A stretch of DNA of 63,732 bases, filler included, from Folioceros fuciformis (Eukaryota), in assembly GCA_049999805.1 (NCBI GenBank). It is 9 parts of 9 records of this genome, joined end to end, with 100 filler letters (N's around TTAATTAATTAA, not from the genome) between each part and the next. Parts side by side here need not be neighbours in the genome. Positions count along the whole stretch, not along the records: positions 32,616 to 44,350 come from JBNGIO010004404.1; positions 44,451 to 51,138 come from JBNGIO010004405.1; 7 more parts are not named here. One strand, 5' to 3'. Shown here in pieces: positions 37,217 to 50,762 of this stretch. The translations under genes and the position numbers were made by a program. Within the stretch, counting starts at the first letter, position 1, and the number at the start of each line of letters is the position of its first letter. The notes under the pieces were generated by a model. The model searched no databases and was not told the origin of the DNA. It saw only the letters and a program-made list of their open reading frames with translations.

Positions 37217-38587
37217 TCACACCCTGGGAACCAGATAAACGATGCTCTTGATAATGTTCTTCCCCACCCGGAAGCCTGGCATCACCATTACTCCCACCTC
37301 CATGTCACGATGATGGCCAGCCTCAGACATGTGGTCAATGTCCCCTTCTGGGTTGTCGGAGTCCTCCTCCGTGTGATCCACAACGCTCTTCATGTAGGTG
37401 TCGTTGAAGGCAGCCCCTGACTCCACGCGGAAAATGGTGGCCACGGGGTTGAAAGAGAACATGAGAAGCCGCAATAGCCAGACGGAAAGAGCCAGAGGAG
37501 AGAAGTGCTTCTCGTAGAAAGGCGTGGTAGGGTGGTGACCCTGAATGAACTCATCTCCATGGTCCGCCGTGCTGGTGAAGAGCTTACGCTCCAGTTCCTC
37601 CGGGAATATCTCCCGAAACTTGGCGTAGCAGAACTTGAAGAAGTCATCATGCTCGTTCCGCAGCTCTTCCGCCTTGGTGCTCTTGAGCGACTTCAGAGCC
37701 TTGTACTCTTCGTACGATTTGTTCTGAAATTTCTCCGGGTCCATCACATCTAAGGACCCCAAATTCTTATCAATAGTGTACGCCTCGTTCTCCAGCCCGG
37801 AGAACAGGACCTGCGAGATGTAAGACTCCAGCACGTATTTCCTGTGATGTGGCCTCTCGAATTTCATCCGGTTATACACACTGGCAGAGCCCGGGCTCAG
37901 GATGTTGAGGATGCTGATGCTGTCATTCACCCCCTGCTTCGAATCCCGAATCAGCGCAGCCAGAGCCTTGGTGAAGCTGGCCAACGCCAGCCTCGCCCTG
38001 GGGTAAGCCACGGACTCCAGCTCCGGCGGCGTGGCCGCCGTAACCAAATACGATCCCGTCCCCCCCACATGCTTCGCTGCCTCAGCCACAAGCTTCTTCT
38101 GCGCGGCCTCCAACGCCGCCATCTTCTCCTTCAACCTCCTGTTCTCCTCCTCCAGATTGGCAACCTTCTGATTCTCAAAGATGTTCGTCTGACTCGACCC
38201 CGACCGCGACCGCTTGTGCATGGACGCGTTGCCATTGAAGCTCGCCGAGGGAGAGACTCCGGTACCAACAGCCTTTTGGTAGAACTGATGGATCTTGTAG
38301 AAGTCCGCCATGAGGCCATCAATGTACTTGAGCTGGACAATGTAAGTCTCCTGCCCTCCCGGTGACACGTTCCCCGATTCCTTCCCCAAATCCTCCCAGC
38401 GCTTCTTCAAGTGCATTGCCGCGTTTTTCAGCGCGTTGATTTTGGTGAAGATGAGCGCCAACACGGGGTTCTTCTTGGCAGCCTGAGGTTCCAGAAACTG
38501 ATTCCCGCCAAACGTTTCATCGCTGGCCCAGGACGGCTCATCCGTTCCCGTCCTGCCAAACTCCTGAGGCTCCTTTAAACCTCCCAT
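37217..38587 (-). CDS. IRK-interacting protein / GIL1 (DUF641-like) family coiled-coil protein
   Basis: 456-aa intronless ORF with a coiled coil, HRKYVLESY, SVWLLRLLMFSFNP-IFRVESGAAF-YM and VGVMVMPGFRVG-IIKSIVYL. Confidence 0.85.
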   Translation of the reverse strand: MGGLKEPQEFGRTGTDEPSWASDETFGGNQFLEPQAAKKNPVLALIFTKINALKNAAMHLKKRWEDLGKESGNVSPGGQETYIVQLKYIDGLMADFYKIHQFYQKAVGTGVSPSASFNGNASMHKRSRSGSSQTNIFENQKVANLEEENRRLKEKMAALEAAQKKLVAEAAKHVGGTGSYLVTAATPPELESVAYPRARLALASFTKALAALIRDSKQGVNDSISILNILSPGSASVYNRMKFERPHHRKYVLESYISQVLFSGLENEAYTIDKNLGSLDVMDPEKFQNKSYEEYKALKSLKSTKAEELRNEHDDFFKFCYAKFREIFPEELERKLFTSTADHGDEFIQGHHPTTPFYEKHFSPLALSVWLLRLLMFSFNPVATIFRVESGAAFNDTYMKSVVDHTEEDSDNPEGDIDHMSEAGHHRDMEVGVMVMPGFRVGKNIIKSIVYLVPRV

Positions 38588-41475
38588 CCCGGCCTCCTCC
38601 TCCTCCTCTCCGCTCCCTTCCTTCCCTTCCTTCTACACCAACCTCCACCCTATTCCATCCCCTGCCGCATCCAATCCCTCCTCCTCCTCCTTCTCCTCCT
38701 CCTCCCAGATCCTCCTCAGATCAAGCCAGCGTGATGATCCAACCCTCCCTCCCCAGTAACGCTTCTCCTGCCTTGCTAGCAGCCCTGCTCCGAGCGTCCA
38801 GAGAGACGAAGCCGCTGGCAATGGCGACGGTAGTGCGCCGTGCTGGCCCGTTGTCCTCAACGGTCGAGTAGCGATGGAGATGAGAGCATAGCAAGCTCAG
38901 AGGCCAGTAAAGAGAATCGGTCCTTCTCTGACCACTCTGCGAAGCGCACAGCTTGCAGCCGGGCCCGGCCAGGCGCCTGATGGACCCAGTCTCTCTCTTT
39001 CCCGATGTACTACATCCTGGCCTTCTCTCTCCTCTCTCTACGCCGTCGTCGTCCTGTTGTGCTCCCTCCCCCTCCATGAAGATACGACGATCTTCAATGC
39101 AACTGGCCCGCGACAATTTCTTATTGGCCGATCATCAACGGAGGCCAAAAATCTACCGCTAATTTCACACGCAAATCCGCGGCCCAAGAGCCTGCTTCGA
39201 CACGGATTCTGGGGCTCCGGGCTGTTCTGTCTCTATAATGCGGTTCTGCGGGCCTCTGACAAGCTCAGTAAAAACAAACGATGGCCTACAGTACGTCGGA
39301 TTAAAATAGATGGCGCAGGAGGCGAAGGTGTTGGATGGGGTGTTGGAGACTGTGATCGGACAGGGATGGCAGGATTCGGCGACGCTGGCTACTGGACTGT
39401 CCGCAACATTCAAGGTGGCAGAAACTTCGATGATCACTCTGCATTGAATCATATGAAAGCTGCTTTTTATGTTCCCTTTTTGCTCGATGACGGCAAAGGG
39501 AAAGGAAGCCGTGCTTGTGCAGACTGTCAAAATTTGTAGGTGTGTGGACCGGTGCATCGATCCCTGGGGAAGACAGTGTATTGACTGATCTGAAGAGGAG
39601 CCGGCCGTTCAAGGCCTGGGATGAGTGATTTTTGCGTCATGCCTGATGGTTTGAGGAGATGAAATGCGGACACGGCAGGAACGGCCTCGGTGGATGAGAA
39701 GACATTGAATTGACTCCGATCTGAAGGAAGACTTGCTGCTGGAATAGCCAGATTGAATGTCGGGGATGCGTGATTCTTTTGTTACGCTTTGATGCTTCGA
39801 AGGGATGACATGTTGGCACAGTCTGGGGGAATGGCCTCGGACACCCTAACCTGCGTCGTGAGTGAGCGTATAGTGTGGCGTTTTCTGATATACGGTGCGG
39901 CTTTTCTCCAGCATACAACTCTGGCTCGCTGCGGAGGATAGGGGCCACAGTCAGATCTCGGAGCCATGCAGTTCGTGTTGGAAACGCACGTCAGATGCAA
40001 CTCAAAGATGGCATCGGATGAACGCACACCAGACAAAGTGTGTCTGTTTAGAGTACCGTCGTCCAGCAACTTTCTGACTTCTGCTGGAGCCGCTCCAGGG
40101 GTGTGATCAAAGATGCTCAAAAGTAAGCTGATTGAGATGCACCGTCCTGAACCTGCTCTCTGCTTTTGCATCCAGTGCTGCTCATTCAGGGCCGCCAATC
40201 AGGGTTCTGCCCCTGCACGCTTTCAATGTCGAATTGATAGCCTTCACCGAAGATGAGGAATGGGGCTGTCAGATCCTGAACCCGCCCTGCAGTTATCAAC
40301 TTGAAGCTCCCCCACCCGTATGTCGTAAGACACATGCAAAGCTGTCCAGCTACATCCAGGATTTCAGAATACTGCATCCTGGCATAAGAAGCAGCTTCTA
40401 CTGTCCAGGCATGGCAATACCCCTTCCTCCACCATCCTAGTGTCCGATCCCAACTCTTGTGCCTGTCGTGGCAGGTGGCGACGAGGAGCATGCCATTCAG
40501 CTGAACGATCAACTGTGTTACGAACTGCACAATCACGAAGTGATGAGACTTCAAGCTCCGCCTCAGGATGAACAGACAAAAGAGGCAAGGCTGAAGGCAA
40601 TCCATGTTGCATGATCTCTGGTTGCTTTTGTTGAAAATGCTCGTTGCTGGATCTTCATCCAGCCCTCTGTTGTTTCATTGGATGGTGAAAGTCCTGCCCT
40701 CCTGAAGGCCCGGACGCTAGCGAAGCTGACGTAAACGGCTCGAGTGATGATGCCCTCGCATTACGCAGAGGTCCCGTGCAATGCTTGACTGTACTCAAAC
40801 CCATGGTACGCAGATCTGGCGTGATTTGGTCAGAGAAGTTTGGGACTGAGATACGATACTTAGAACTAGGTCTGTACATTCTTTCTTTTCTCCAAGGTGG
40901 GTAGTGGATGTTGGCCTCCCCCCTTTCCTTCGTAGCGTTTTCCGTCAGGTAATGGACGTCCATTATGCCTTGCGCTGAACGTTGGCTTACGCACGCATAC
41001 CAGAGCGAATATCTTTTAACTCGAGTATAGACTATGGTCCTTTCCTATTCCAAAGTTTTACATTCTTGGTGTACGAAGTAGTTACAAGATTATCCATGAC
41101 TGGCATAAGTTCCTCGTCCCAGTTCTTATCGTGGGGTGTATGAATTTTTTTTAATAAAATTTTATTTCCATCTACTCCAATCTTTGGAGAACAACCCGAG
41201 GCCAAAGGATACTACAAACATCATTCTCAAAAACTAGTACTGCTCTCAAAATGTCATGATGTAAAATAACAAAAAAGCCTACCTATCACCGATGCCAAAG
41301 CAGCTACTTGATCTGCACTTGTTGCTATTCTAAAAACCGTGTTGGTCAGTGCTCTTTGCAAAGGAATGGATACATGTCTTCAAAAGAAGGCCATCATGAC
41401 TCTGATAAACCTTGCCGTACTCTTTGATGAACCTCGAGAAGTTCTTGCCCATAGCCCTATAAGTCTCAAAAGCTA

Positions 41476-42108
41476 GGGCAATGAAAATATGCCTATCTTG
41501 TAAAGAGAATACTTATGAACTTTGGCACTTGTACAACCCTCCGTCGCCCATCCAGGGGTTGATGATGATGTGCTCGCAAAGTGAATCACTAGTGGGATTC
41601 GTAACAACACATCAGCAACATGAACATGTTCCTCCCTAGTGAAAAAGAAAAAGGTCGGCTCTAAGTGAAACCCCGTCACTCAAAGTATATGGACACTCTG
41701 TATACGGAAGAAACCCACACTCCTTAGCCATTTAGAACATGACATCTCAAACTACATCACATGTGGCATTGTGGTGCTCCCTATACGACAACGTGTCAGA
41801 TGGGACCTTGTATCGACAATGGCAACTCCAATAGAAAGAGAAAGCCAAGGAAATGTGGCTAGGGAATGTAGGTCTCTTCCATATAAGGAGTGTCTATATA
41901 CTTTGCACAACAAGGTTTCACTTAGAGCTGACCTTTTTTCACTAGAGGGAAATAAGATTGTATCGTTGATATGGTTGTCACAAACCCCACTAGGAATTCG
42001 ATTTGCGAGCATGTCGTCGTCAACCCCTCTAGATGGGCGGCATAGGGTTGTGCAAGTGCCAAAGTCCATAAGTATTCTCCCTTGCAAGACGAACATATTT
42101 TCATCCCC
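41476..42108. mobile_element. Foldback element with about 255-bp imperfect inverted arms (MITE or non-autonomous MULE-like)
   Basis: 41476-41733 is the diverged reverse complement of 41851-42108, e.g. ACTTTGGCACTTGTACAACCCT versus AGGGTTGTGCAAGTGCCAAAGT. Confidence 0.8.
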
Positions 42109-43142
42109 TTGCTCGTAAGACCTACACAGCTATGGACTTAGAAGTGTACCCAAAGAAAACCTTTGGAAATAGTGATTATTTTCAATCCTCTTTCCAAACA
42201 AGAATTTACAAGTCTAGCCTCAAACATAAGTCTTAGAGTGCTTCAAAGAGCAGCGTTAACATCAAAGAGGTGGCAAGATCAATCAATTGCTTTTCAACAA
42301 TTAGCTACATAAAGGATATTCATTTATTAAAAAGAAAACTAAAGAGAGAGAAAAGCATAAACAGAGGGACAAAGGGCTCCATAAAGCACAGATAAGAGCA
42401 TGCCTTTGCAAACTAATGCCCAAATGTGTGAAGGTACCACTTCTAGTGACACCTTTATTTTGGTGATGCATTTAAAGGTGTATTGTGGGTAGTCGGAGTA
42501 TGTATAGCATAAAAAAATGGAAATAGTATTTTTTTGACATTGTATTTGATAATATCCAAAATATTCATCTTAAATATATTGAATGGTGGTTTGGGTTATA
42601 GTAAAGAACTGGTGCCTATTTCAAATGAAAGAGATAGGAACATGTAAAACATGATTGTTTCGAATGAAAAGAATATGAGCACATAAGTGAAGAATAAATT
42701 AGAGAAAAAAATGAAAGAATCGACTAAGAAAACTCGAAAAAGATGGAACCACCAGAGAAAGATAGAAAAACAAACAGAACCTAAAAAACTAAAATAATGA
42801 ATAAATAAAGAGACGAATAAACTTCTTCCATGAACCTTAAAGGAAGAGTTCTTATTCAAATACCTTTTATTTGCATAGGAAAGATGGAAAAAAGAACCTA
42901 CAAAAATGAAAAAACAAAGGTAAAAAAATATGAATATATTTAACCAATAAGGTGAGCCTCAATCATTTATATGGAGAGTGAGAAATCCTAAACCCTAAAT
43001 TATCAAAGATTCATTTTTTTAGAAAAATAAGATGGAAAACTCATCTATCCCTAAAAGGGAGATAAATAGTGATGGAGATCCTAAATGCTAACCTTGAATG
43101 CTTATAATTACGAATAGCACCTAAAATATCATGGTTCATAGC

Positions 43143-43530
43143 ACGCTCGCTATAGAGCAATGGAAACCTCTGGGAGTTGTTGGTGAGCAATGGAAACCTC
43201 TGGGAGTTGTTGGTGCTATCTCTTCTGTTAATGTCGTCATTGTGTATATAGCATTAGCCAACACTCGTTGTAGATCAATGAAAACCTATGGGAGTTGTTG
43301 GTGCTACCTCTTCTGTTAATGTTGTTATTGTGTATATAGCATTAGCCAACGCTCTCTGTAGAGCAATGAAAATCTTTGGGAGTTGTTGATGCTGCCTTAA
43401 TGTTGTCATTGTGTATATAGATAGCATTAGCCAACGCTTGTTGTAGACCAATGAAAACCTCTGGGAGCTGTTGATGCTGCCTCTCCTGTGGATGTCGTCA
43501 TCGCTCGCTATAGAGCAATGAAAATCTCTG
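43143..43530. repeat. About 89-bp degenerate tandem repeat, about 4 copies
   Basis: Recurrent CAATG(G/A)AAACCTCTGGGAGTTGTTG...GTGTATATAGCATTAGCCAAC. Confidence 0.85.
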
Positions 43531-44514
43531 CCGAAAGAACCCTACAATTCACGAAAAANNNNNNNNNNNNNNNNNNNNNNNNNNNNNNNNNNNNNNNNNN
43601 NNNNNNNNNNNNNNNNNNNNNNNNNNNNNNNNNNNNNNNNNNNNNNNNNNNNNNNNNNGACCAGTAGGACAGTGACTCCTCACCGCGCCTAAGAGCTTCT
43701 GAAGACTCAGGGCCTGCACTTCACATGGTTGAGTCGGTAAAGGGAACGAGAATCGGAATCTCACTGTTTCTACAGGGAGCCCTCCCTTTGCACTAAGTCC
43801 AGCAGGAGGACAATTGGCGGCCAGTGCGCACTCCAGATCTGCATCAAGCTCTATAGGAAGAATCCCATCCAAAACACATCTGCCGAAAGTACAACGGCGT
43901 CGGGTTTCTTTCTGGGCCCAGATGCCAAGACACGCAGACCGCAGGGGTTTCTCGCTACCGCCGAGCCTTCTGTGTTAGGGTTCGCCGAGCCAGTGTTATT
44001 AGCAGTTCCTGTAACCCGGCGAGACTCTCACAGCATGACCGACACCAGGCCGGCGGCATCAGCTACAGGGGCTGCTTCTTTACCGGCACCCGACTCAGGG
44101 TGGAGCTGACGGATGACTGCTACAGCATCTCGGACATGGCATTATGGCACAGAACCGAGGGGTGATGGATGGGGTGAGTGGTGGATCCGATATGCTTTTG
44201 GGATGCCAGTTACGATAGTTTGTGTGGAGATGTTAGGTGAGGTTATGTCACATACTTTTATTTTGCTCTTTGCACCGGTTTGACTCTTTCTCGGATTTCT
44301 TGACTCAATTCCGTGGCCTTTGGACATGTGGATGTCCCGGGTTCCAGCACNNNNNNNNNNNNNNNNNNNNNNNNNNNNNNNNNNNNNNNNNNNNTTAATT
44401 AATTAANNNNNNNNNNNNNNNNNNNNNNNNNNNNNNNNNNNNNNNNNNNNAGCATTTATACTTAACTTTATGGATTGATAATAAAAATTAAATTTGAGAA
44501 CAAGAGTCTTGAAA

Positions 44515-45539
44515 ATGCCTTGTGCAAACATTTGTGACAAGCAACTTCCTTGTGCTTTGGCTACAAAAATACCAGAAGATTCTATCGAAAATGTCTTTCT
44601 TTCGACTGGGGATACCAGGGTGATGTACAATATCTATAAATATCCTGAAAATTTATATACAACTAATGATGATCGTGAAGATGGGATGCTAAAAGAATCA
44701 AAATTGTTGTGCAAAAGGATCAAATTGTTGGAAAGGTTTAGATTTCAAGAAATTGCCTTTCACTTAGGTAATCAATTAGTACATCACCTCGCTTGCATCC
44801 ACAATCCATATTACATTTATCCAACTAAACAGATAGATGAGTGGGGTTACTTGTTGAAAGGTGAGGATAAACTGTGCAAGAGACAGTGGAATGAATATCT
44901 AAACTCCAAAGCCTNNNNNNNNNNNNNNNNNNNNNNNNNNNNNNNNNNNNNNNNNNNNNNNNNNNNNNNNNNNNNNNNNNNNNNNNNNNNNNNNNNNNNN
45001 NNNNNNNNNNNNNNCTTTCAAGCAAATGTTTGAAAGAGTTCCTGCTTCTATATAAGCAAATGGGTGCAGCATGCCTTGGGATGTGGAGGCTCCAAAAGTT
45101 GGGCACTCAATTGATGAACATTATTTTGAAGGCTTATGCTGCAAGTTTATACATCGAGGATTCTACTCTTAGGGATGTAAATAATCCAAACCGATATGAC
45201 TTGTTGAAAAAAGGTACATCACCATTGTTTAAAGAGATGTGCCAGAAGCTAGATCTCAACGTTCATCTCCGGGATCTTGCAAAATGTCTACAAACACATA
45301 TGGATGCAAGTTGTGATCATGGTCCTTATACACAACCTGAGCTATCAATCACTGGTATTAAACAACAGTATCAACTTGCCGCAAAGTCTGACTTGATTCA
45401 AGATTGCACAAAGCAGGAAGCTTCCTATATGACAAATCTTCTTGATAACTGTGATAAATTAGCTAAATGGGTTGAAGAAATGCATAAGGAGGGGGCAAAA
45501 TTTAAGGGTCCCATAAGGCCTAGGTGGAAGTATGTATAA
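44515..45539 (+). CDS. AT-rich intronless hypothetical protein (spans a 100-N gap)
   Basis: Open frames on both sides of the gap, about 133 and 175 codons, despite low GC; no family recognised. Confidence 0.55.
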
Positions 45540-46502
45540 AAGTTATGAGTAGGTAGAGGTATATGGATAACCATGTACAATAGTTTATTTAAAAAATTAT
45601 AATTATTTTCACCACATACTACTAGGCACGACAAAGTTCTCCCCCAAAGTTTTCCTTACATCAAATTACGAAGCTGCTGCTATGTTCTTGTATGACGATA
45701 AATTTTCGTTGAACGTGAAGACTTCGCAAACTTTTGCGTACGGAGAGCAAAGCTTTCTGAGTTCAAGTTGCGTGGTGGCATGAAATGGTTGGTTGGAGGC
45801 CAATTTTTCCTTGCTGATCTCAGGATATGTGTCCTAGTGTGGTGTAAGGTGGTAGCCCTTGGACTTCTGCGTCGAATGGCAGTTTGTGTGCTCCACTGCA
45901 GTTGTGAGAGCTGTGGTACAGAAGCATAATCTTCGGAGGGCCAAGCCCACTCGCCGGCAGGATCCATCTGTATCAACTAAGGAAGAAAGCAAGAAGGCGA
46001 GTTTTCAACCGCTAGCACTCCAAGCGCAGCGAGCACGCCAAAACTCTTTTCTCCAAGGCGTCAAGCTTCTACAAGCCTGAGATCACGGGTAGTGGATCAC
46101 CGAAAGCTTCTTGAGGAACCATGACGATTCTGCTCCGCACATGAAGATCTTGAGCACGGATTACGGCCCCTTGTGGACTTCAGTGACGCCGCAGGTGGAT
46201 CAATTCTGTGTTTGTAAACAAGCTACAACGATGCAGACATCCCACAGGATTGCCCACCCGGAAACTCCCATTCTCACTCAAGACTCGTATATTCGTCGTT
46301 GAACATGTATGCGTTTTAAGAGTGACACAATTCCCATCCATCGCGTGCTGAGTTCGACAGGACCTGGCAACACGAAAGAGATCGTCCGTGAAGGGCGATC
46401 AGAACATCCTGCTCTAGTGTTCCAGCTGAGAAACAAACCCTGCTCTACGAATTTTCTCCTCCCTTCCATTTACGGGTCATTTAATTAGGGCAGGGCCCTC
46501 TC

Positions 46503-46531
46503 TATATACAGTACTTTTCTCGATTAGGGTT
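46503..46531 (+). promoter_or_regulatory. TATA-like box and telo-box-like motif upstream of RPL8
   Basis: TATATA followed by TTAGGGTT; telo boxes are typical of plant ribosomal-protein promoters. Confidence 0.5.
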
Positions 46532-46604
46532 CCCTATTTCTACAGGAAAGAGAGAGTTGCCCAGTCTTTCCCCTGTCGGTCACAGGCAGGTGCAGGCGGC
46601 TACA

Positions 46605-47480
<876 letters not shown>

Positions 47481-48225
47481 GGTCTACAATTTTGGCTACC
47501 ATTTTTTGAACAAGGGTTAGGAGGATCAGCGGACGACGATCTCTTTTTGTATTCGGACTGCGGAGCCCACTCAACTTTACTTGCATCATGCAGCCCAAAG
47601 GTTGTGATTTGTCCTCCTGAGAGGCTGATTCCTGTTTCAATGTTTCAATTTTGCTACAGTTGGATGTTCCCCCAATTGATATTCGTCTCGGTCTGTGTAC
47701 GTGTAATGGTGTCTTCCAAGATGCTCATCGGCCTCCATGATTGTGCTTGCCAATGAGACGCCTTCTCATTTTGCCTCCCAGATTACATTGCAGACTGATT
47801 CCCAGGTATCACAAATGCATTGCTGCGTCTCTGTTACCCATGTCCAGTGGCATGATGGACTTTCTGAGACCTTCGGCAGGCACAACAATCAAAGCGAGCA
47901 AAGAGATTGATCTCTGGTCCTGAACTACCCTGTTTTTCTGAAGAAATTGGGTTTAGATCGTGACGCCCATCGTATCGGACGAACGTGCTTTGGATTGCTA
48001 CTCCAATTTCACCACGAGTCTATATTCCGAGAGTTGGGATGTTCTCCGTTTCAAGGCTGCTGAGGAGACAGCAGGCTCGACGCAGCATGAGAAACAGACG
48101 CAAGCTGTGGTTGTTTTGTGAGGATACGCTGGTTCCGTAGCGTTATGGACTTAAATCGCTGAATGGGAGTTGTGTTGTTCCCCGAGTAGCTATGTTTTGG
48201 CAGGGAAGCGAAGGAGCTCAATACT

Positions 48226-48530
48226 GTCTCTACTCGGCTAAAACCAAGGTGGTCACCACTCTCTCTACTCGGCNNNNNNNNNNTCTCTACTCGGCTAAAA
48301 CCAAGGTGGTCACCACTCTCTCTACTCGGCTAAAACCAAGGTGGTCACCACTCTCTCTATTCGGCTAAAACCAAGGTGGTCACCACGCTCTCTACTCGGC
48401 TAAAACCAAGTTCACCACACTCTCTATTCGGCTAAAACCAAGTTCACCACGCTCTCTATTCGGCTAAAACCAAGTTCACCACGCTCTCTACTCGGCTAAA
48501 ACCAAGGAGTTCACCACTCTCTCTATTCTG
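48226..48530. repeat. 35/32-bp minisatellite, about 8 copies
   Basis: Unit CTCTCTACTCGGCTAAAACCAAGGTGGTCACCACT. Confidence 0.92.
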
Positions 48531-48629
48531 CTTAAATCATTCAATACTATCTATACCTTGTTGAAACCAAGGAGTTTGAAAACAATATGTTGACACCTTA
48601 CGCGTATTGGTAGAGGCCTGCATTACTGG

Positions 48630-49003
48630 TATTAGCGTTTTAGATACGTATATGTATTCATATAATTAGTAGAGGTGGGATGTCAATATTAGCGTTTTAG
48701 ATATGTATATGTATCCATATAATTAATAGAGGTGGGATGTCAATATTAGCGTTTAAGATATATATATGTATCCATATAATTAGTAGAGGTATGTATATGT
48801 ATCCATATAATTAATAGAGGTGGGATGTCAATATTAGCGTTTAAGATATATATATGTATCCATATAATTAGTAGAGGTGGGATGTCAATATTAGTGTTGT
48901 AGATATGTATATGTATCCATATAATTAGTAGAGGTGGGATGTCAATATTAGCGTTTTAGATATGTATATGTATCCATATAATTAGTAGAGGTGGGATGTC
49001 AAT
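48630..49003. repeat. 57-bp minisatellite, about 6.5 copies
   Basis: Unit ATTAGCGTTTTAGATATGTATATGTATCCATATAATTAGTAGAGGTGGGATGTCAAT. Confidence 0.92.
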
Positions 49004-50695
49004 CTGGCAGTTGAAATGGTGTTTAGCTCATTGGTCCAGCTCATAGCTCATTAGCTCATGTTGTGTGCTTGCGGATGCACATACATATGATTGACATGTT
49101 TGCACTGCAAAGTTCACTCTTGGATTTTGTAATATATTGATGTTCTTGTCTCATTATGCAAGTTCAAGTTTGTGGCAATGCGGTTATGTGCATAAGCAAG
49201 CGCTCACCTTGACTTTGTTGCAATGGGTTATCGTGCTTCTTTTCTTGCAGGATAAAATAAAAGAAAATAATTATGACAAAATTAATCTAAATAAGAGTGT
49301 GGCACCATACAAAAAACAAAAAGATGAGCCTTCTGGCATTTTATGGGGTTGCCACGACGATCAGCGTATGCGTGAAATCATAAATGCAAAGAAAAGAAAA
49401 TTAAATGATATGGACTTCATCGATGAAGGGCATTGCAGAAGGCAAGATGCGATGCTGCCAACCTACAACGTCATGATGTAATAACAAGTCGTGCAGTTGA
49501 GGACTTCATTTCAAAATTCGGATCCATGCAAATTTAAAACTAAAACAATATCTTATAAAATCCTATTCTTTTCTCTCTCTCTTATAGAAAGACTCTTTTT
49601 TTTTTTTCTTCTATGAGTTTTTTTATCTAAAACATTTTTAATGTATAATTAATCTCTATTTCTCTTAATCTTAAAATACTTTTTATTTATAAGTATGAAG
49701 AGTTTTCCAAATTTTCAAAATCATGCAAATTACTTCCAAAAATTAGTTGCCTAAAAATAGTCCGAACATGCCATCGATTACGGTTACTTGAATCTAATTC
49801 ATAAAGTTTTCTCAATCTTCTATATCTTTTTCTTTCGCTTAGCATCCCTCGAACATGTATGGGTTGTCATACTTGCATGAAATTGATGTATCATAATCAA
49901 AATTTATCATCTATGCTTAATACTATCAATACCATGTCGGGCACTGCCCTCGTATATTATGTGGCTATTCTCGGGAGATCACAAGATTAGTACTAGACTA
50001 GCTACTCGTTTTGAGGAGATGTTATTCAGCCCGATGCATGCTACATTTGTTTGCCTTCGAGTAGCATGCGATCACAAGAGACTAGTGCATGAGTTTAGGG
50101 TTGCCCTATATATATACCCTAAACCATATATTGATCATATGAAAGGTTTAAAAAAAAACTTCAAAGTATTTGAAAAATAAATTAAAAAATGAATGCCCTA
50201 AATGAATTTGAAACCCTAATTGATAGACATAGCAAGTACATGACCATTATAAATTGGTCTGAGCACTTTTGGCTAAGCTAGTATACTGAGGTACGTTTTC
50301 ACTTTTCCTCTCTTCCCCTTTGGTCTCCTCTCCTCTGCTCTCCTCTCCACTTTTTGTTTTTGTTGAATGTATTGTCTCCTCTCCTTTGGTTGCGTTTCTC
50401 TTTTCTTTCCTAATGTGTTTCATTGATTTTGTGTGTTACATGAGTGGAGTGTGTTTGGTTTCTTGGATTGTTCCCTTTTTCTCTTGTTATGTGTGTTTTC
50501 TTTCTTTTTCTTAGGGTTCTTTATTGTCTCTTCCCTTTCTAATATGTTTGACCTAAGTGCTCTTTTCCTTTTCCGTTGTTTCTATTGTGTTTTCTCTTAG
50601 AGTTTTTTTTGTTATGGTTTTGGTTTTTTTTTCTTTTCGAGCTATTCTTTCTCTCCTTCTTTTGAGGGTTTCATTATTTTTTGTCATAATTCCAA

Positions 50696-50762
50696 TCTTA
50701 GTCTTAGTCTTAGTCTTAGTCTTAATCTCAGTCTTAATCTTAATCTTAATCTTCATCTTCAT
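50696..50762. repeat. Hexamer microsatellite (TCTTAG/TCTTAA/TCTTCA)n
   Basis: Direct reading. Confidence 0.85.

Noticed and set aside
39600-40960. Cluster of 100-140 aa ORFs on both strands
   Set aside because: No motifs and no consistent strand; compatible with chance or very old decay.
48226-49003. 35-bp and 57-bp repeats as CRISPR or coding repeats
   Set aside because: Head-to-tail minisatellites without spacers or a credible ORF.
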